Assembly: GCA_963729045.1 (NCBI GenBank)
Contig: CAVSMN010000011.1
Coordinates: 1 to 64,000 of the forward strand
Reading direction: 5' to 3'
Length of the DNA stretch: 64,000 bases
From: an uncultured Nitrososphaeraceae archaeon
GTDB lineage: Archaea > Thermoproteota > Nitrososphaeria > Nitrososphaerales > Nitrososphaeraceae
In this document: positions 21,984 through 32,722 of the stretch, one piece after another
Position numbering within the stretch: position 1 is the stretch's first letter
How the letters are laid out: each line of letters opens with the position of its first letter
The notes under the pieces: model-generated
What the model was told of the DNA's origin: nothing
Seen by the model: the letters and a program-made list of their open reading frames with translations, nothing else
The model's database searches: none
Made by a program: the position numbers and the translations under genes

Positions 21984-23144
21984 CTATGGTGCCACGATTC
22001 CATACGTTTTTACTAGATCTTTGAACTTATCAAAGACATATAAGCAGTCGTCAGGACCAGGTGAGGCTTCAGGATGAAACTGTACCGCTATAATTGGCTT
22101 CTCCCTGTGTTTTATGCCTTCGATTGTCTTATCATCTGTATTCTTGAACCATACCTCAAAATCAGTTTTGTCCAGACTCTCTGACTCGATTCCATATCCA
22201 TGGTTTTGACTAGTTATTATGGTATGATCAGAAACCAAGTCCAGACAGCTTTTGTTTTGACCCCTGTGTCCAAATTTTAACTTGTGTGTTTTAGCGCCTC
22301 CAGCCAAAGCGAGAATTTGGTTGCCTAAACATATTCCTAGAGTAGGGATGGATCTTTCAATTAGCTCAGAAGCAGTCTCTATAGTATCCTTACAAACAAT
22401 CGGATCCCCAGGGCCGTTGCTCAAAACCACACCGGTTGGGTTATGCAGCATTACTTGATCGATTGAAGAGTCCCAAGGCATCCTTATTACTTGGAATCCA
22501 ATTCTTAAAAGATTTCTAATAATGCTATATTTAGTACCGGTATCAATTAATACGATTTTTGGAGATGACTCTTTTCCATAATAAATGGGCTTACTAATTG
22601 AAACCTCAGGCATAAAATTATATGAATCGTAATCAAAACTTTCATCATTCTGGCTTTCAGACTTATCCATTACAATTTTAGCATTCATGACACCATTCGA
22701 TCTAATCTTTTTTGTTAACTCTCTGGTATCCACATCGCAAACCCCTGGAATTTTCTCATCAAACAGCCATTGATCTAGAGTCCTCTCACAGGACCAGTGA
22801 CTTGAGACATTTGACAAATTATTAACTATCAGGCCTCTTATTTGAATTCTCTCAGATTCAAAATATTTTGGTAAGCCAAAATCGTCTAGTTCCTTCTGAG
22901 ATGGAACGCCATAATTACCAATAGAAGGATATGTAAAGCATAATATTTGCCCTCTATATGATGGGTCGGTAAGTGTTTCGGTATAACCGACCATACCAGT
23001 ATTGAACACTATTTCTCCAGACACACTTGTTGGAAAACCAAATCCTTTGCCTTCAAAAATAGAACCATCATCAAGAATAAGTTTTGCTTTATAATCTGTA
23101 ATTCTGTTTAAAAGAGTCGGAATTTTTTGTCCCTCACAAATCAA
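21984..23144 (-). CDS. carA: Carbamoyl-phosphate synthase small subunit
   Basis: GEIVFNTGMVGY..TDPSY, SNGPGDP, GICLGNQ, QFHPE. Confidence 0.97.
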   Translation of the reverse strand: MICEGQKIPTLLNRITDYKAKLILDDGSIFEGKGFGFPTSVSGEIVFNTGMVGYTETLTDPSYRGQILCFTYPSIGNYGVPSQKELDDFGLPKYFESERIQIRGLIVNNLSNVSSHWSCERTLDQWLFDEKIPGVCDVDTRELTKKIRSNGVMNAKIVMDKSESQNDESFDYDSYNFMPEVSISKPIYYGKESSPKIVLIDTGTKYSIIRNLLRIGFQVIRMPWDSSIDQVMLHNPTGVVLSNGPGDPIVCKDTIETASELIERSIPTLGICLGNQILALAGGAKTHKLKFGHRGQNKSCLDLVSDHTIITSQNHGYGIESESLDKTDFEVWFKNTDDKTIEGIKHREKPIIAVQFHPEASPGPDDCLYVFDKFKDLVKTYGIVAP

Positions 23145-23181
23145 AAATTAAAATCATTTATAAATTTTTGTAAATAATTTT

Positions 23182-24426
23182 TTAGCAACTAATCCCCTTA
23201 CTATAATCATATTCCCTATCTCTCCACTTTATCTTTGCATGTTTTTCTGAGGTCAATATAGACCAAATAAATGAAAGAGATACAACAAAACAACCAATTG
23301 GGGCGCCTAAAAAGTAAACCACTTTATGTGTACTGGCTTTTTTCAATTGATAAAAGTTTGTCATATATATACTTAGTATGCTCAAAATTGTAATCAACAT
23401 CAAAATATTATAGGACAGATCTTGATCTGCAAGGTGGACATAGTAAGCAGCTGAACAATATGTGAGAACAATGAATGGAAAAGGCATTAAGAAAAATATC
23501 CCGATGGTCATTAGGATCGAGTTTAACCGGTCAGTAAAGTATAAAGGAATAATCAATCTTTTCAAAGAATTCCACAGGGTGTTAAAATCACGTGCCCAGT
23601 AGGCTTCTAATAAATTTTCACCACGGAACATTTTTAAATTATATCCTTCTTCCTTCAATTTTTTACCTAAAGCTCCGTCTTCAACTATTTCTGATTTGAC
23701 AATAGCATGGGTGCCAACGCTTTCATAGCATTCTCGAGTTATTACGAAAAAGCTTCCAAACAGATATCCAATACTAACATTAGGATCATTTACTCTCATC
23801 GGAGAGTATCTAGAAAACATGAAAACTGATAGTATAGGTAATACCATTTTTACAATCAAATTTGGGTATTTCAAGTTTGGGACTGCTGTAATAACATCCA
23901 ACTTTTGCTTAATCAGCGTACATAATGAATCCCGAACACTTCTGTTTGAATGAATCGTATCAGCGTCGGTAAACATCAGATATTTGCCTTTTGAATTTTG
24001 ATATCCAACGTAACATGGCCAGTTTTTTCCAACCCAACCTGATGGCTTGTCACCTGCTTTGAATATTCTAACCCTAGAGTCTTTACTAAAATTCTCCATC
24101 AAGCCAAATGTAGAATCGGTTGAGTTATCATCTACAAGTAATAGCTCATAGTTTTTAATGTTTTGATCGAGAAGACTTTGAATACATTTATTAATATATT
24201 TTTCTTCGTTTCTAGCAGGTATAATCACACTGATTAATTCCCCCTCTAAATCTAAAGTATCATCCGAGTAGATTTTTGGGGATAATTCAAATGATCTTCT
24301 CAGCACAGAAAAAAGATAAATCCATATTCCAAACGAGCCTATTATAATTACGACTAATAATAAGTTAACAATTACGGAGATTTCCACCATTGAATCAAAT
24401 TTCAAGTTGACATATAAATATAACAC
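23182..24426 (-). CDS. Family 2 glycosyltransferase with TM helices (CrtQ/HpnB-like)
   Basis: IIPARNEE, VDDNSTD, GWVGKNW, FTDAD, ED; true start probably ~24390. Confidence 0.9.
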   Translation of the reverse strand: MLYLYVNLKFDSMVEISVIVNLLLVVIIIGSFGIWIYLFSVLRRSFELSPKIYSDDTLDLEGELISVIIPARNEEKYINKCIQSLLDQNIKNYELLLVDDNSTDSTFGLMENFSKDSRVRIFKAGDKPSGWVGKNWPCYVGYQNSKGKYLMFTDADTIHSNRSVRDSLCTLIKQKLDVITAVPNLKYPNLIVKMVLPILSVFMFSRYSPMRVNDPNVSIGYLFGSFFVITRECYESVGTHAIVKSEIVEDGALGKKLKEEGYNLKMFRGENLLEAYWARDFNTLWNSLKRLIIPLYFTDRLNSILMTIGIFFLMPFPFIVLTYCSAAYYVHLADQDLSYNILMLITILSILSIYMTNFYQLKKASTHKVVYFLGAPIGCFVVSLSFIWSILTSEKHAKIKWRDREYDYSKGISC

Positions 24427-24483
24427 AATACTATCAGGAAATTAGTAAACATTTTTAAGTAAAACTTTTTATATGCTTAGATA

Positions 24484-25960
24484 ATGCTTAGAAAAATTAA
24501 GATCGATAAACATACATTTAGTTTATTTTTCCTTGTAATTTCCACATTCTTACTATCTCAAAGTTACAGTGCAGCAATTTCATTTGCTCAAACAGAACCA
24601 GGCTCGGCTTCTGGAGTAACACAAAGTCCAGCACAATCAATACTCGTTTGCGAGTTTGTGCAATATTGTTCCAATCCGGTGGAATTGATACAAATGTTAA
24701 TGACACAGCAGCTACTACCTACGGTTACACCTGAGACTGAAGCTCAAACACACTGAGCAGAGACTGAAGCTCAAACACCGGCAGAGACTGAAGCTCAAAC
24801 ACCACTGATTCATCAGAGCTTTTGCCAGATGTCACATCAAATATTTCATTGATAATGACCCCAGATTTGCCAGGTAATTTGGCAGAAGATTCTCAAGACT
24901 CAGTTAATCAAGATTTATTGGCCGCTAATGAAACCCAACTGGTCTCATCAAACGCTACGGAGGATAGTCAATTAGTAGTCCCTGAAAATGCGACAGTAAT
25001 TACACCGGACGCTCAAATCCCATTTGAAACCGCAAGTGAAAACATGTCAATGACAATTCAAGATAATAATGGTACTACCACTCCCGGTAGTAGTTCATCT
25101 AATCAAAGTGAGTTAGCAAATACAGTTCCACTCAATAATGTAACAATGTCTATTGACGGCAGTAATATGTCTCAAAGTGCCCCTGTTGATGAAACCATTG
25201 ATACAACAGGTGCAAATGAAACCATTGATACAACAGGTGCAAATGAAACCATTGATACAACAGGTGCAAATGAAACCATTGATACAACAGGTGCAAATGA
25301 AACCATTGATACAACAGGTGCAAATGAAACCATTGATACAACAGGTGCAAATGAAACCATTGATACAACAGGTGCAAATGAAACCATTGATACAACAGGT
25401 GCAAATGAAACCATTGATACAACAGGTGCAAATGAAACCATTGATACAACAGGTGCAAATGAAACCATTGATACAACAGGTGCAAATGAAACCATTGATA
25501 CAACAGGTGCAAATGAAACCATTGATACAACAGGTGCAAATGAGACTATGGATACAACAGAGCAAAGAGACTATGGTACAACAGCAAACTAGACTATGGG
25601 TACAACAGCTGCAAACGAGACTATGGATACAGCAGCAAACGAGAATGGGTACAACAGCAGCAAACGAGACTATGGGTACAACAGCAGCAAACGAGACTAT
25701 GGGTACAACAGCAGCAAATGAGACTATGGATACAGCAAACGAGAATGTACAAATAGAAATGCCATTGGGAATGAAAATCAGAGCATACATCAAATGAAAC
25801 CATTAGCCCAGCAAATACAAATGTAAATCAACAAGATAACACATCAAATGGAAATCAGGTTCAGCCTAATTCTAGCCCAACTTCTGAAAATCAAACCGCT
25901 CCACCCTTCTTCTTAGATCCCCTAATTAACCCATTTAAGGAACTTTTTGGAATTAAATAA
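24484..25960 (+). CDS. Secreted T/N/E-rich tandem-repeat glycoprotein, several frameshifts
   Basis: Signal peptide at 24484; ETEAQTP and ANETIDTTG repeats; final frame ends PFFLDPLINPFKELFGIK* at 25960. Confidence 0.75.
24730..24805 (+). repeat. ~24-bp tandem repeat, 3 copies (GAGACTGAAGCTCAAACAC core)
   Basis: Seen directly; encodes ETEAQTP. Confidence 0.85.
25189..25539 (+). repeat. 27-bp perfect tandem repeat x13 (ATGAAACCATTGATACAACAGGTGCAA), degenerate copies continue to ~25745
   Basis: Seen directly; coding repeat with no spacers. Confidence 0.97.
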
Positions 25961-25995
25961 TATTCTAATACATTTTTTTGACTCGTTGATACAAC

Positions 25996-26352
25996 ATGAG
26001 CGAAACTGAGAATAAAGAAACTGAAAATAAGATAACATTTGAGGAATTCAGCAAAGTTGAGCTTAAGGTTGGTAAAATTTTAAGTGCTGAAAATTTGCCA
26101 GGATATAAGAAAATATTGAGATTAACCGTCGATTTGGGTGGTGAGGAAAGGGAGATTATGTCTGGATTGGCCAAGCACTACCAGCCAGAAGATATAGTAA
26201 ACAAAAATGTCATAGTTTGTACCAATCTTGAACCCAGAAAGTTTGGAGATCAGGTTTCAGATGGCATGATACTGGCTGCTTCAAGTGAAAATGGGAGACC
26301 AATTCTATTAACAGTCGTTGAGGATACAATTCCTGGCACTCAAATTACATAA
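25996..26352 (+). CDS. tRNA-binding OB-fold protein (Trbp111/MetRS C-terminal-like)
   Basis: ITFEEFSKVELKVGKI, VDLG, NLEPRKF...SDGMIL. Confidence 0.92.
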   Translation: MSETENKETENKITFEEFSKVELKVGKILSAENLPGYKKILRLTVDLGGEEREIMSGLAKHYQPEDIVNKNVIVCTNLEPRKFGDQVSDGMILAASSENGRPILLTVVEDTIPGTQIT

Positions 26353-26649
26353 CACAATCGATATTGGATTTTTTGACTCGAAATAAATATTTTTCCACTA
26401 ATTTGTTATTTCCAAGATAGTAAATTCAGTTTCCCAGACGCTAAGTGTATTTCTATTCTTAATCCCCGTTTTGTATCTGTATTCACATAGTCGAATTGAT
26501 CGATGAATCCCTAGAAAGTATTATGAGTTAGTCATGTCAAAGCCCAGTAAATTACCATTATATTCAATTAACTGAACAAATATCAAAAAATTGTCTCCAA
26601 CATGAATTCGGTTTGCTATAAGATTATAATCCGTAGTAATAATTAATGA

Positions 26650-26985
26650 TTGGTGGATAATCATCTCATTAACAACGATGATTCTTCTGATAAATCATTA
26701 CCAACCGAAAAAATACTGCTCACAAAACACTTGTTTTTACCCTCTGGAAATTTCATGTGGGAAATACAAAGCAGAAAAAACAATTCAAGTTACTATGTGG
26801 ACCATGCACTAACATTTTGCTCCTGTAAGGGGTTTTATTATAACTACAACAGGAGAAAATGCTATCACCTATCTGATGTAGTTAATTACATTGAAAAATC
26901 AAATTATACAATCTCCATTTATGAAGACGAACATTATTATCAATTAGTTAAAAGAATCATTCTTCATATTATTTCTAACCCGTAA
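26650..26985 (+). CDS. SWIM zinc-finger protein
   Basis: FCSCKGF......KCYHL. Confidence 0.8.
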   Translation: MVDNHLINNDDSSDKSLPTEKILLTKHLFLPSGNFMWEIQSRKNNSSYYVDHALTFCSCKGFYYNYNRRKCYHLSDVVNYIEKSNYTISIYEDEHYYQLVKRIILHIISNP

Positions 26986-27039
26986 GGAATAATATCTTAA
27001 TTTCAAATATATATTAGATAAGAATTCTATCGATCATGC

Positions 27040-28375
27040 ATGATTACGAGAAATGTACTGAATCGTAGGTTCAGGTGGTAGAGAACATGCTTTGGGTTGG
27101 AAGATTTCTCAAAATAAAAATGTAAAAAAAGTAATATATGCAAATGGCAATGGTGGGACTCCTCAGAATATTCAGATATTACCTACTGAAATAGACAAAT
27201 TAGCAAAATATGCAAAAGAAAATGAATTATTTACGGTTGTTGGTCCAGAAATACCATTAGCTTTGGGCATAGTCGACACGTTTAATTCTTACGATTTACC
27301 CATTTTTGGCCCCACAAAAAGCGCCGCCAGACTAGAAACTAGTAAAGAATTTTCAAAGCAGTTCATGAATAAGCATTCTATTCCAACTAGCGAATTCAAA
27401 GTATTTACTGATGCTGAAAAAGCTGTAGATTACATCGAGAGAATCAATTTTGGCGCTGTAATAAAAGCTGATGGACTGGCAGCAGGTAAAGGAGTTTTTG
27501 TGAGTGACAACAAAACGGAAGCCATGGATGCAATCGATCAGTTGTTGAACAAGAAAATATTTGGTCCGGCTTCCGAAAAAATCATTGTGGAGAAGAAAAT
27601 CATAGGAGAAGAAGTTTCCCTTATGGCCATCTGTGACGGGGAATCTTTCATGATTATGGATACCTGCAGAGATCATAAGAGAGTTTTTGACGACGATCGG
27701 GGCCCAAATACGGGAGGTATGGGTAGCTACTCACCTGTTCCTGAAATAAGCGAAAACGACTTAAGTTATATTTCAGATAAAGTGTTCAAGCCTGTTATTG
27801 ATGGAATGCAAGCTGAGGGAAATCCATTCCGTGGTTTTCTTTATGCGGGGATTATGATTGAAAAAAACACCGGCAAACCCTTTGTTTTGGAATTTAACGC
27901 GAGGATGGGAGACCCCGAGTGTCAACCTCTAATGATGAGAATGCAATCTGACTTGTTTGAATACATAAAAGCAGCAGATAATAAATCATTAGATTCAATG
28001 CAACCTCTTGTGTGGAAGGATATGTTTTCTACTTGTGTTATAATGACATCCAAGGGATATCCTGACAAATACGAAACCGGATACTCAATAAAAGGGGTGA
28101 GCAAATCACCTGACAAATACGAAACCGGATATCCAATAGGAGGTTTGAACAGATCACCTGACCCCGAAATTATGATATTTCATTCTGGAACAAAACTAAA
28201 CCAAGCCAATGAACTTGTCACCTCCGGAGGGCGAGTATTGGGCATAACATCATTGGGTAAGTCAATTAATGAGGCAATGGAGAAATCATATGAAAAAGTG
28301 CGAGAAATATCTTGGGGAGATAATCAACAGCATTATAGAACTGATATTGGAAGAAAAGGTTTAGAAGTCGGATAG
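27040..28375 (+). CDS. purD: Phosphoribosylamine-glycine ligase, +1 frameshift at ~27061
   Basis: NVL/IVGSGGREHAL, VVGPEIPL, KADGLAAGKGV, GPNTGGMG, EFNARMGDPE. Confidence 0.96.
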
Positions 28376-28380
28376 ATGGC

Positions 28381-28950
28381 TTAACCCAAAAGTATCATCC
28401 TCTCGTCTGAAATTAGTATATTCATTTTGACATCTTGAGCATTACAAGTTATTTTTTCTAATATTAATTGGAAATCATATCCGAGACCCACTAAAGTTAT
28501 GTTTTGATAAGCGTTAGAATTAAAGAATTTGTCATAATAGCCTTTACCATATCCAATTCTGTTACCTGTTATGTCAAACACAACACCTGGCGTTATAACA
28601 ATATCGAGAATGTGATTCATATTTTCACTGGTTGCCTCAGGTTCCATTATGCCATATTTGCCAATCCGAAGCCTCTTCGTTGGGTCGTATTTAAAAAAAA
28701 TAATTTGATCATTTACGATTGTAGGAAGACACACTGTCTTTGAATTTAAAATAGCTTGAGATATTATTTGGAAGGTTTGGACTTCATTTAAGATAGGATA
28801 ATACAGGCCAATAACTTTGCTTTCTGAAAAGAATCTTGAACCAAGGAATCTTTGTTGAGCAGACATACTTTTCATAAAACAATCAAAAGATGACAAGTTT
28901 TTTCGTATCAGGAGGAATTTCTTTCTTAAGATTTCTTTAGAAGGTACCAT
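28381..28950 (-). CDS. 5-formyltetrahydrofolate cyclo-ligase
   Basis: GIMEP, PGVVFD..GNRIGYGKGYYD. Confidence 0.93.
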   Translation of the reverse strand: MVPSKEILRKKFLLIRKNLSSFDCFMKSMSAQQRFLGSRFFSESKVIGLYYPILNEVQTFQIISQAILNSKTVCLPTIVNDQIIFFKYDPTKRLRIGKYGIMEPEATSENMNHILDIVITPGVVFDITGNRIGYGKGYYDKFFNSNAYQNITLVGLGYDFQLILEKITCNAQDVKMNILISDERMILLG

Positions 28951-28954
28951 CTTT

Positions 28955-29818
28955 TTACTTTGCGTACGCCTTTGAAGCCATGACTGTATTACGCAGAAGC
29001 ATGCAAATGGTCATTGGGCCAACTCCCCCAGGAACCGGAGTAATGTAGCCGGCCTTTTCTTTTACCATTTCAAAATCCACATCTCCACAAAGTTTGCCAT
29101 CTACTCTATTTGTTCCGACATCAATTATTGTTGCACCGTATTTTATCATATCATGTGTTAATACAAAAGCATCCCTATTCCCCACAGCGGTAATAATTAT
29201 GTCTGCATTTTGGGAGAAAAGGTCAAGATTTTTGGTGTGAGAGTGAGAAATAGTAACAGTTGAATTTTTCCTCAATAACAACGATGCCAAAGGCTTCCCC
29301 ACCAAATTACTCCGGTTAATAATCAATGCATTTGCCCCATCCAATTGAATTTCATAAAACCGGAATAGTTCCATTACTCCAAGGGGGGTACATGGTATTA
29401 GATTCGTTTTATTGTTAAGTAACAAACCTGAATTGACAAATGTTAATCCATCAACATCTTTCTTGGGATCCACCATGTTAATTACCTGATATTGATCCAT
29501 ATGATCTGGTAATGGCAATTGTATCAATATTCCGTGAACAGTAGAATCAAGGTTAAGCTTTTCAATTAATCTAATCAATTCCGTCTGTGAGATATCACCA
29601 TCAAATCGATAATCGAGAGTTCGGATCCCTATGGAGTTGGCAGCTTTTTGTTTGTTGTTAACATAAACCAATGATGGCGGATCGGATCCAACAAGGATTG
29701 TAGCCAGACAGGGTATCACACCTTTAGTTACTAGCCCAGAAATTTCATTTTTAAGATTATTTTTTATGTGATTTGAAACCGCTAATCCATCTATTATCTT
29801 AGCCGTCAATATATCCAT
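28955..29818 (-). CDS. folD: Methylenetetrahydrofolate dehydrogenase/cyclohydrolase
   Basis: YVNNK, GILIQLPLP, KDVDG, PCTPLG, TPVPGGVGPMT. Confidence 0.97.
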   Translation of the reverse strand: MDILTAKIIDGLAVSNHIKNNLKNEISGLVTKGVIPCLATILVGSDPPSLVYVNNKQKAANSIGIRTLDYRFDGDISQTELIRLIEKLNLDSTVHGILIQLPLPDHMDQYQVINMVDPKKDVDGLTFVNSGLLLNNKTNLIPCTPLGVMELFRFYEIQLDGANALIINRSNLVGKPLASLLLRKNSTVTISHSHTKNLDLFSQNADIIITAVGNRDAFVLTHDMIKYGATIIDVGTNRVDGKLCGDVDFEMVKEKAGYITPVPGGVGPMTICMLLRNTVMASKAYAK

Positions 29819-29918
29819 CTAAATATGAAATTGATATAATTTTAGTCTTATTATATAGATAAATAAGTACAGGATTAAAAGTTGAGATTCAAAATAATAA
29901 AGTAAACTCAGTATTTGC

Positions 29919-30740
29919 TTACTTGAGTTTGACCTTTATTTTGGGCGAGTCAGTTACATTTTTCAATTTTGCTACGGCTAGTTCTCCTGCTTTTCGACCT
30001 GATAAAAGCATCGAACCAAATGTAGGGCCCATTCGCGGTAACCCGTATGTTTCAGTCACAGACATTCCGGCTGCAATTAATCCAGGAAAGACCTCCCCTG
30101 TTGAATGCACAACTCCGTCTTCACCACCTTCTACCCACATTGGATTCATACCTTTCCAATCAACCAAACCTCTTTGCATTAATCGTTTGACTGCCACAGA
30201 ATCGTGACCGGTAGCGTCTATTACTATCTTACTCTCAAAGGCCACCGGGTCAACACAAGTAATATTTCTAGGCAGTGCGGATACTGGCATCCAGTTTATG
30301 ACCACCCCACATACCTTTTTATTTTTCAAAACAAGATCATCAAATTTGGTTAATTGTAAAAATCTAACTCCAGAATCGCATGCTGCTGATATTAACTTTG
30401 AGCAGGCATCTGGACCCCAAGCGGCATATAAATTATCATTGATTTTCCTATATGGAACTCCTAATTCATCCCAAACTTTTTGGGCTGGGGCTCTCACTGT
30501 GACTGGGTTCATCATATATCCACCAACCCAATAGCCGCCCCCAAGATAGTTATTCTGTTCGATTATCAATGTTCTAGCTCCGCTTTTTGCTATTTCTCTT
30601 CCAGCTGATAGCCCTGCAGGTCCTGCACCCAAGATTATAACATCAGAATCGCTGTATTCTTGAATAGTTTCAAAAAACATAGAAGCTATGGAACGAGTAA
30701 TCTCCTTTTCACTCACATCAGCAAATATTTTCTTCTCCAT
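29919..30740 (-). CDS. thi4: Thiazole synthase Thi4 (Cys-type)
   Basis: GAGPAGL, LGGG.W.GG, TCVDP, DATGHD, PRMGPTFGSMLLSG. Confidence 0.95.
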   Translation of the reverse strand: MEKKIFADVSEKEITRSIASMFFETIQEYSDSDVIILGAGPAGLSAGREIAKSGARTLIIEQNNYLGGGYWVGGYMMNPVTVRAPAQKVWDELGVPYRKINDNLYAAWGPDACSKLISAACDSGVRFLQLTKFDDLVLKNKKVCGVVINWMPVSALPRNITCVDPVAFESKIVIDATGHDSVAVKRLMQRGLVDWKGMNPMWVEGGEDGVVHSTGEVFPGLIAAGMSVTETYGLPRMGPTFGSMLLSGRKAGELAVAKLKNVTDSPKIKVKLK

Positions 30741-30967
30741 ATGACAAGTTCTTTGTCGTAATATTAATACATTTTTCGACTACTGAATATCCCCAGTAAA
30801 TCCGCTACTCAAAAATTGATCCCACAAAAAACTCCTTTTGTGGGCAAAGTTAGCCCGGCCTGACTGAGAGAACAGTGATTTATTTTACCTTGATAAGATT
30901 CAAGTAATTCTTGCGAGTAAAAAAGAGTTAATCCGGATCCAAGTTTGTTATCTTATTCCTCCTTTTG

Positions 30968-31567
30968 TCATATAGCACATAACAATAAAATGACTATACC
31001 TATTGATAACAATGTAATAACAGAGATGATTGGAAAGTACTTTGAAAGTGTTTCTGATAAGCTATCCCAGGAATTTCCCAGAAAGTAACCTGAAAAAACC
31101 AAAATTAGGCTCCATATAAGAGATCCTAAAAAAGTAAAAGTTACGAATTTTGCGAAAGGCATTCGGGCTATGCCAGCTGGGACACTAATTAATTCTCTGA
31201 CACCTGGAGCCATTCTTCCTAGGAATACGGCATAAACACCATATTTTTCAAACCATTTTTCTGCAGATTCTATCTTTTTCTCACTTACAAAAACATACTT
31301 TCCAATTTTGATTATGGCAATTCTGCCTATTTTGAAAGAGATTAAATAAATGACAATGGCTCCAATGGTCGCGCCAACTGCTCCCGATGCAGCCATAAAG
31401 AATGTCTCAATATAAGTAAAATTAGAGTTGAATCCTACGAATCCTGCAAGAGGGAATATCAACTCACTCGGAATAGGTGGAAAGATAGTTTCGGCAAATG
31501 CGGCTATGAATATTCCTAGATATCCATAAGAGGAAACAAGAGATGTAATAATATTAATGATATCCAC
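30968..31567 (-). CDS. DedA/VTT family membrane protein
   Basis: ETIFPPIPSELIFPLAG, WFEKYG..AVFLGR..PGVR..IS.PAG; may extend to ~30928 across a 1-nt error. Confidence 0.93.
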   Translation of the reverse strand: MDIINIITSLVSSYGYLGIFIAAFAETIFPPIPSELIFPLAGFVGFNSNFTYIETFFMAASGAVGATIGAIVIYLISFKIGRIAIIKIGKYVFVSEKKIESAEKWFEKYGVYAVFLGRMAPGVRELISVPAGIARMPFAKFVTFTFLGSLIWSLILVFSGYFLGNSWDSLSETLSKYFPIISVITLLSIGIVILLLCAI

Positions 31568-31667
31568 CTTGACTCAAAAGAGAGTAGAACGCTTAAATTA
31601 ATTAATTTTTGGTATGTTTGAAAATTTGAAAATAAGATTAATAAAGTAATAACACTATCTATATTTA

Positions 31668-31784
31668 TTGAGCGATAAGAAATGTGCTCTTTGTGCGATC
31701 ATCCTTCCCAAGGAATCACAAGTAAGTATTTGCAACGATTGTCTAAAGTGTGCTGATTGCTGTGTGGGTCTTGAAAAGTTGTAG
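31668..31784 (+). CDS. 38-aa Cys-rich microprotein
   Basis: Manual translation MSDKKCALCAIILPKESQVSICNDCLKCADCCVGLEKL; TTG start; TTAATAAA ~22 nt upstream. Confidence 0.65.
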   Translation: MSDKKCALCAIILPKESQVSICNDCLKCADCCVGLEKL

Positions 31785-31791
31785 AGTAGGA

Positions 31792-32353
31792 TTAAGTTAG
31801 TTCTACAATCTTTAGTGTATCAGTTAATGTGATTATTCCAATTACATTACCTTTCTCACTAACTAATACACATTTAGCAAATCTTACTAATGAAACTAGT
31901 GCTTTTGCAGGGGTCGATTCATCTACAAGGGGTGGTGGTGGTTCCATAACAGAGCCAATTTTTACCAAGTGTATGTCTTTATCATTATTTTCTATCATTA
32001 TTTTGGCCAGATCATCCTCAGTTAATATGCCAACCAATCTCGTTCCATTGAAGACGGGCATTTGACTGATGCTGTGGTCACGCATTTTTAGAATTGCTGT
32101 ACTCAATGATTCTTCGCTTTGAATAGTTATGAGATCTTTATTGCATATATCACCAGCTTTTATAGACGCATTACTCTCCATCGAGAGCAAAATTTCAAAT
32201 ATTCTCTTGGCAGTATCATAACTAGGTTTACATCTGCCTGACTCGATTTGATTAACCATAGACGTACCTGATCCCGCATAAAATCGCTAATTTCTTCTGG
32301 GTAACTCCTAATTTTAGTCTGGCTTGTTTGATATAATCAAGTCTAGGTAGCAT
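31792..32353 (-). CDS. XRE-HTH + CBS-pair transcriptional regulator, 1-nt frameshift ~32269
   Basis: IKQARLKLGVTQKKLA...NQIESG..PSY; ISQMPV, GIIT CBS motifs. Confidence 0.9.
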
Positions 32354-32443
32354 GCTGAATAGTATATTGCTCTCATCGATTAATAATTCTATAAACTACT
32401 AAAGGATTTAGAACGTCTAATAGACTAATGTAATAGTAATCAA

Positions 32444-32518
32444 TGCGACGGCCGGGATTTGAACCCGGGTTACCAGATTGGCAATCTGATGTCCTAGACC
32501 AAACTGGACGACCGTCGC
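32444..32518 (-). tRNA. tRNA-Gly(GCC), no intron
   Basis: Acceptor GCGACGG/CCGTCGC, anticodon loop TTGCCAA, T arm GGTTCAAATCC. Confidence 0.96.
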
Positions 32519-32722
32519 ATTCGTGACTTTTTATAAAAATCTAGGTTATATTAATTATATGGTGGCTCATATTGTCATCCTGGTCCGACAAACATGAATT
32601 TATAAGTTCAGGACGCACACATAAAATCACAAATCGCAAGATCAGTCTTGTGAATGCAATTAATTGGTTCAAAATCAAATATCTATACATTGATTGGTTT
32701 GGAATTGGAAAACGTACTATTG

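Noticed and set aside
25189..25745. Possible CRISPR array
   Set aside because: Units are contiguous with no spacers, have a codon-multiple period inside a CDS, and no cas genes are present.
25113..25803. Alternative-frame ORFs over the repeat (CCINGFICT, HLLYQWFHL, MKPLIQQVQ, MVSFAPVVS)
   Set aside because: By-products of a repeat unit lacking stops; only the ANETIDTTG frame continues the secreted protein.
30860..30920. TPP-riboswitch-like words (CTGAGA...ACCTTGAT...TAAT..GCG) near thi4
   Set aside because: They are on the strand opposite thi4, P1/P4 pairing is lacking, and thi4 has a TATA-like box just before its ATG.
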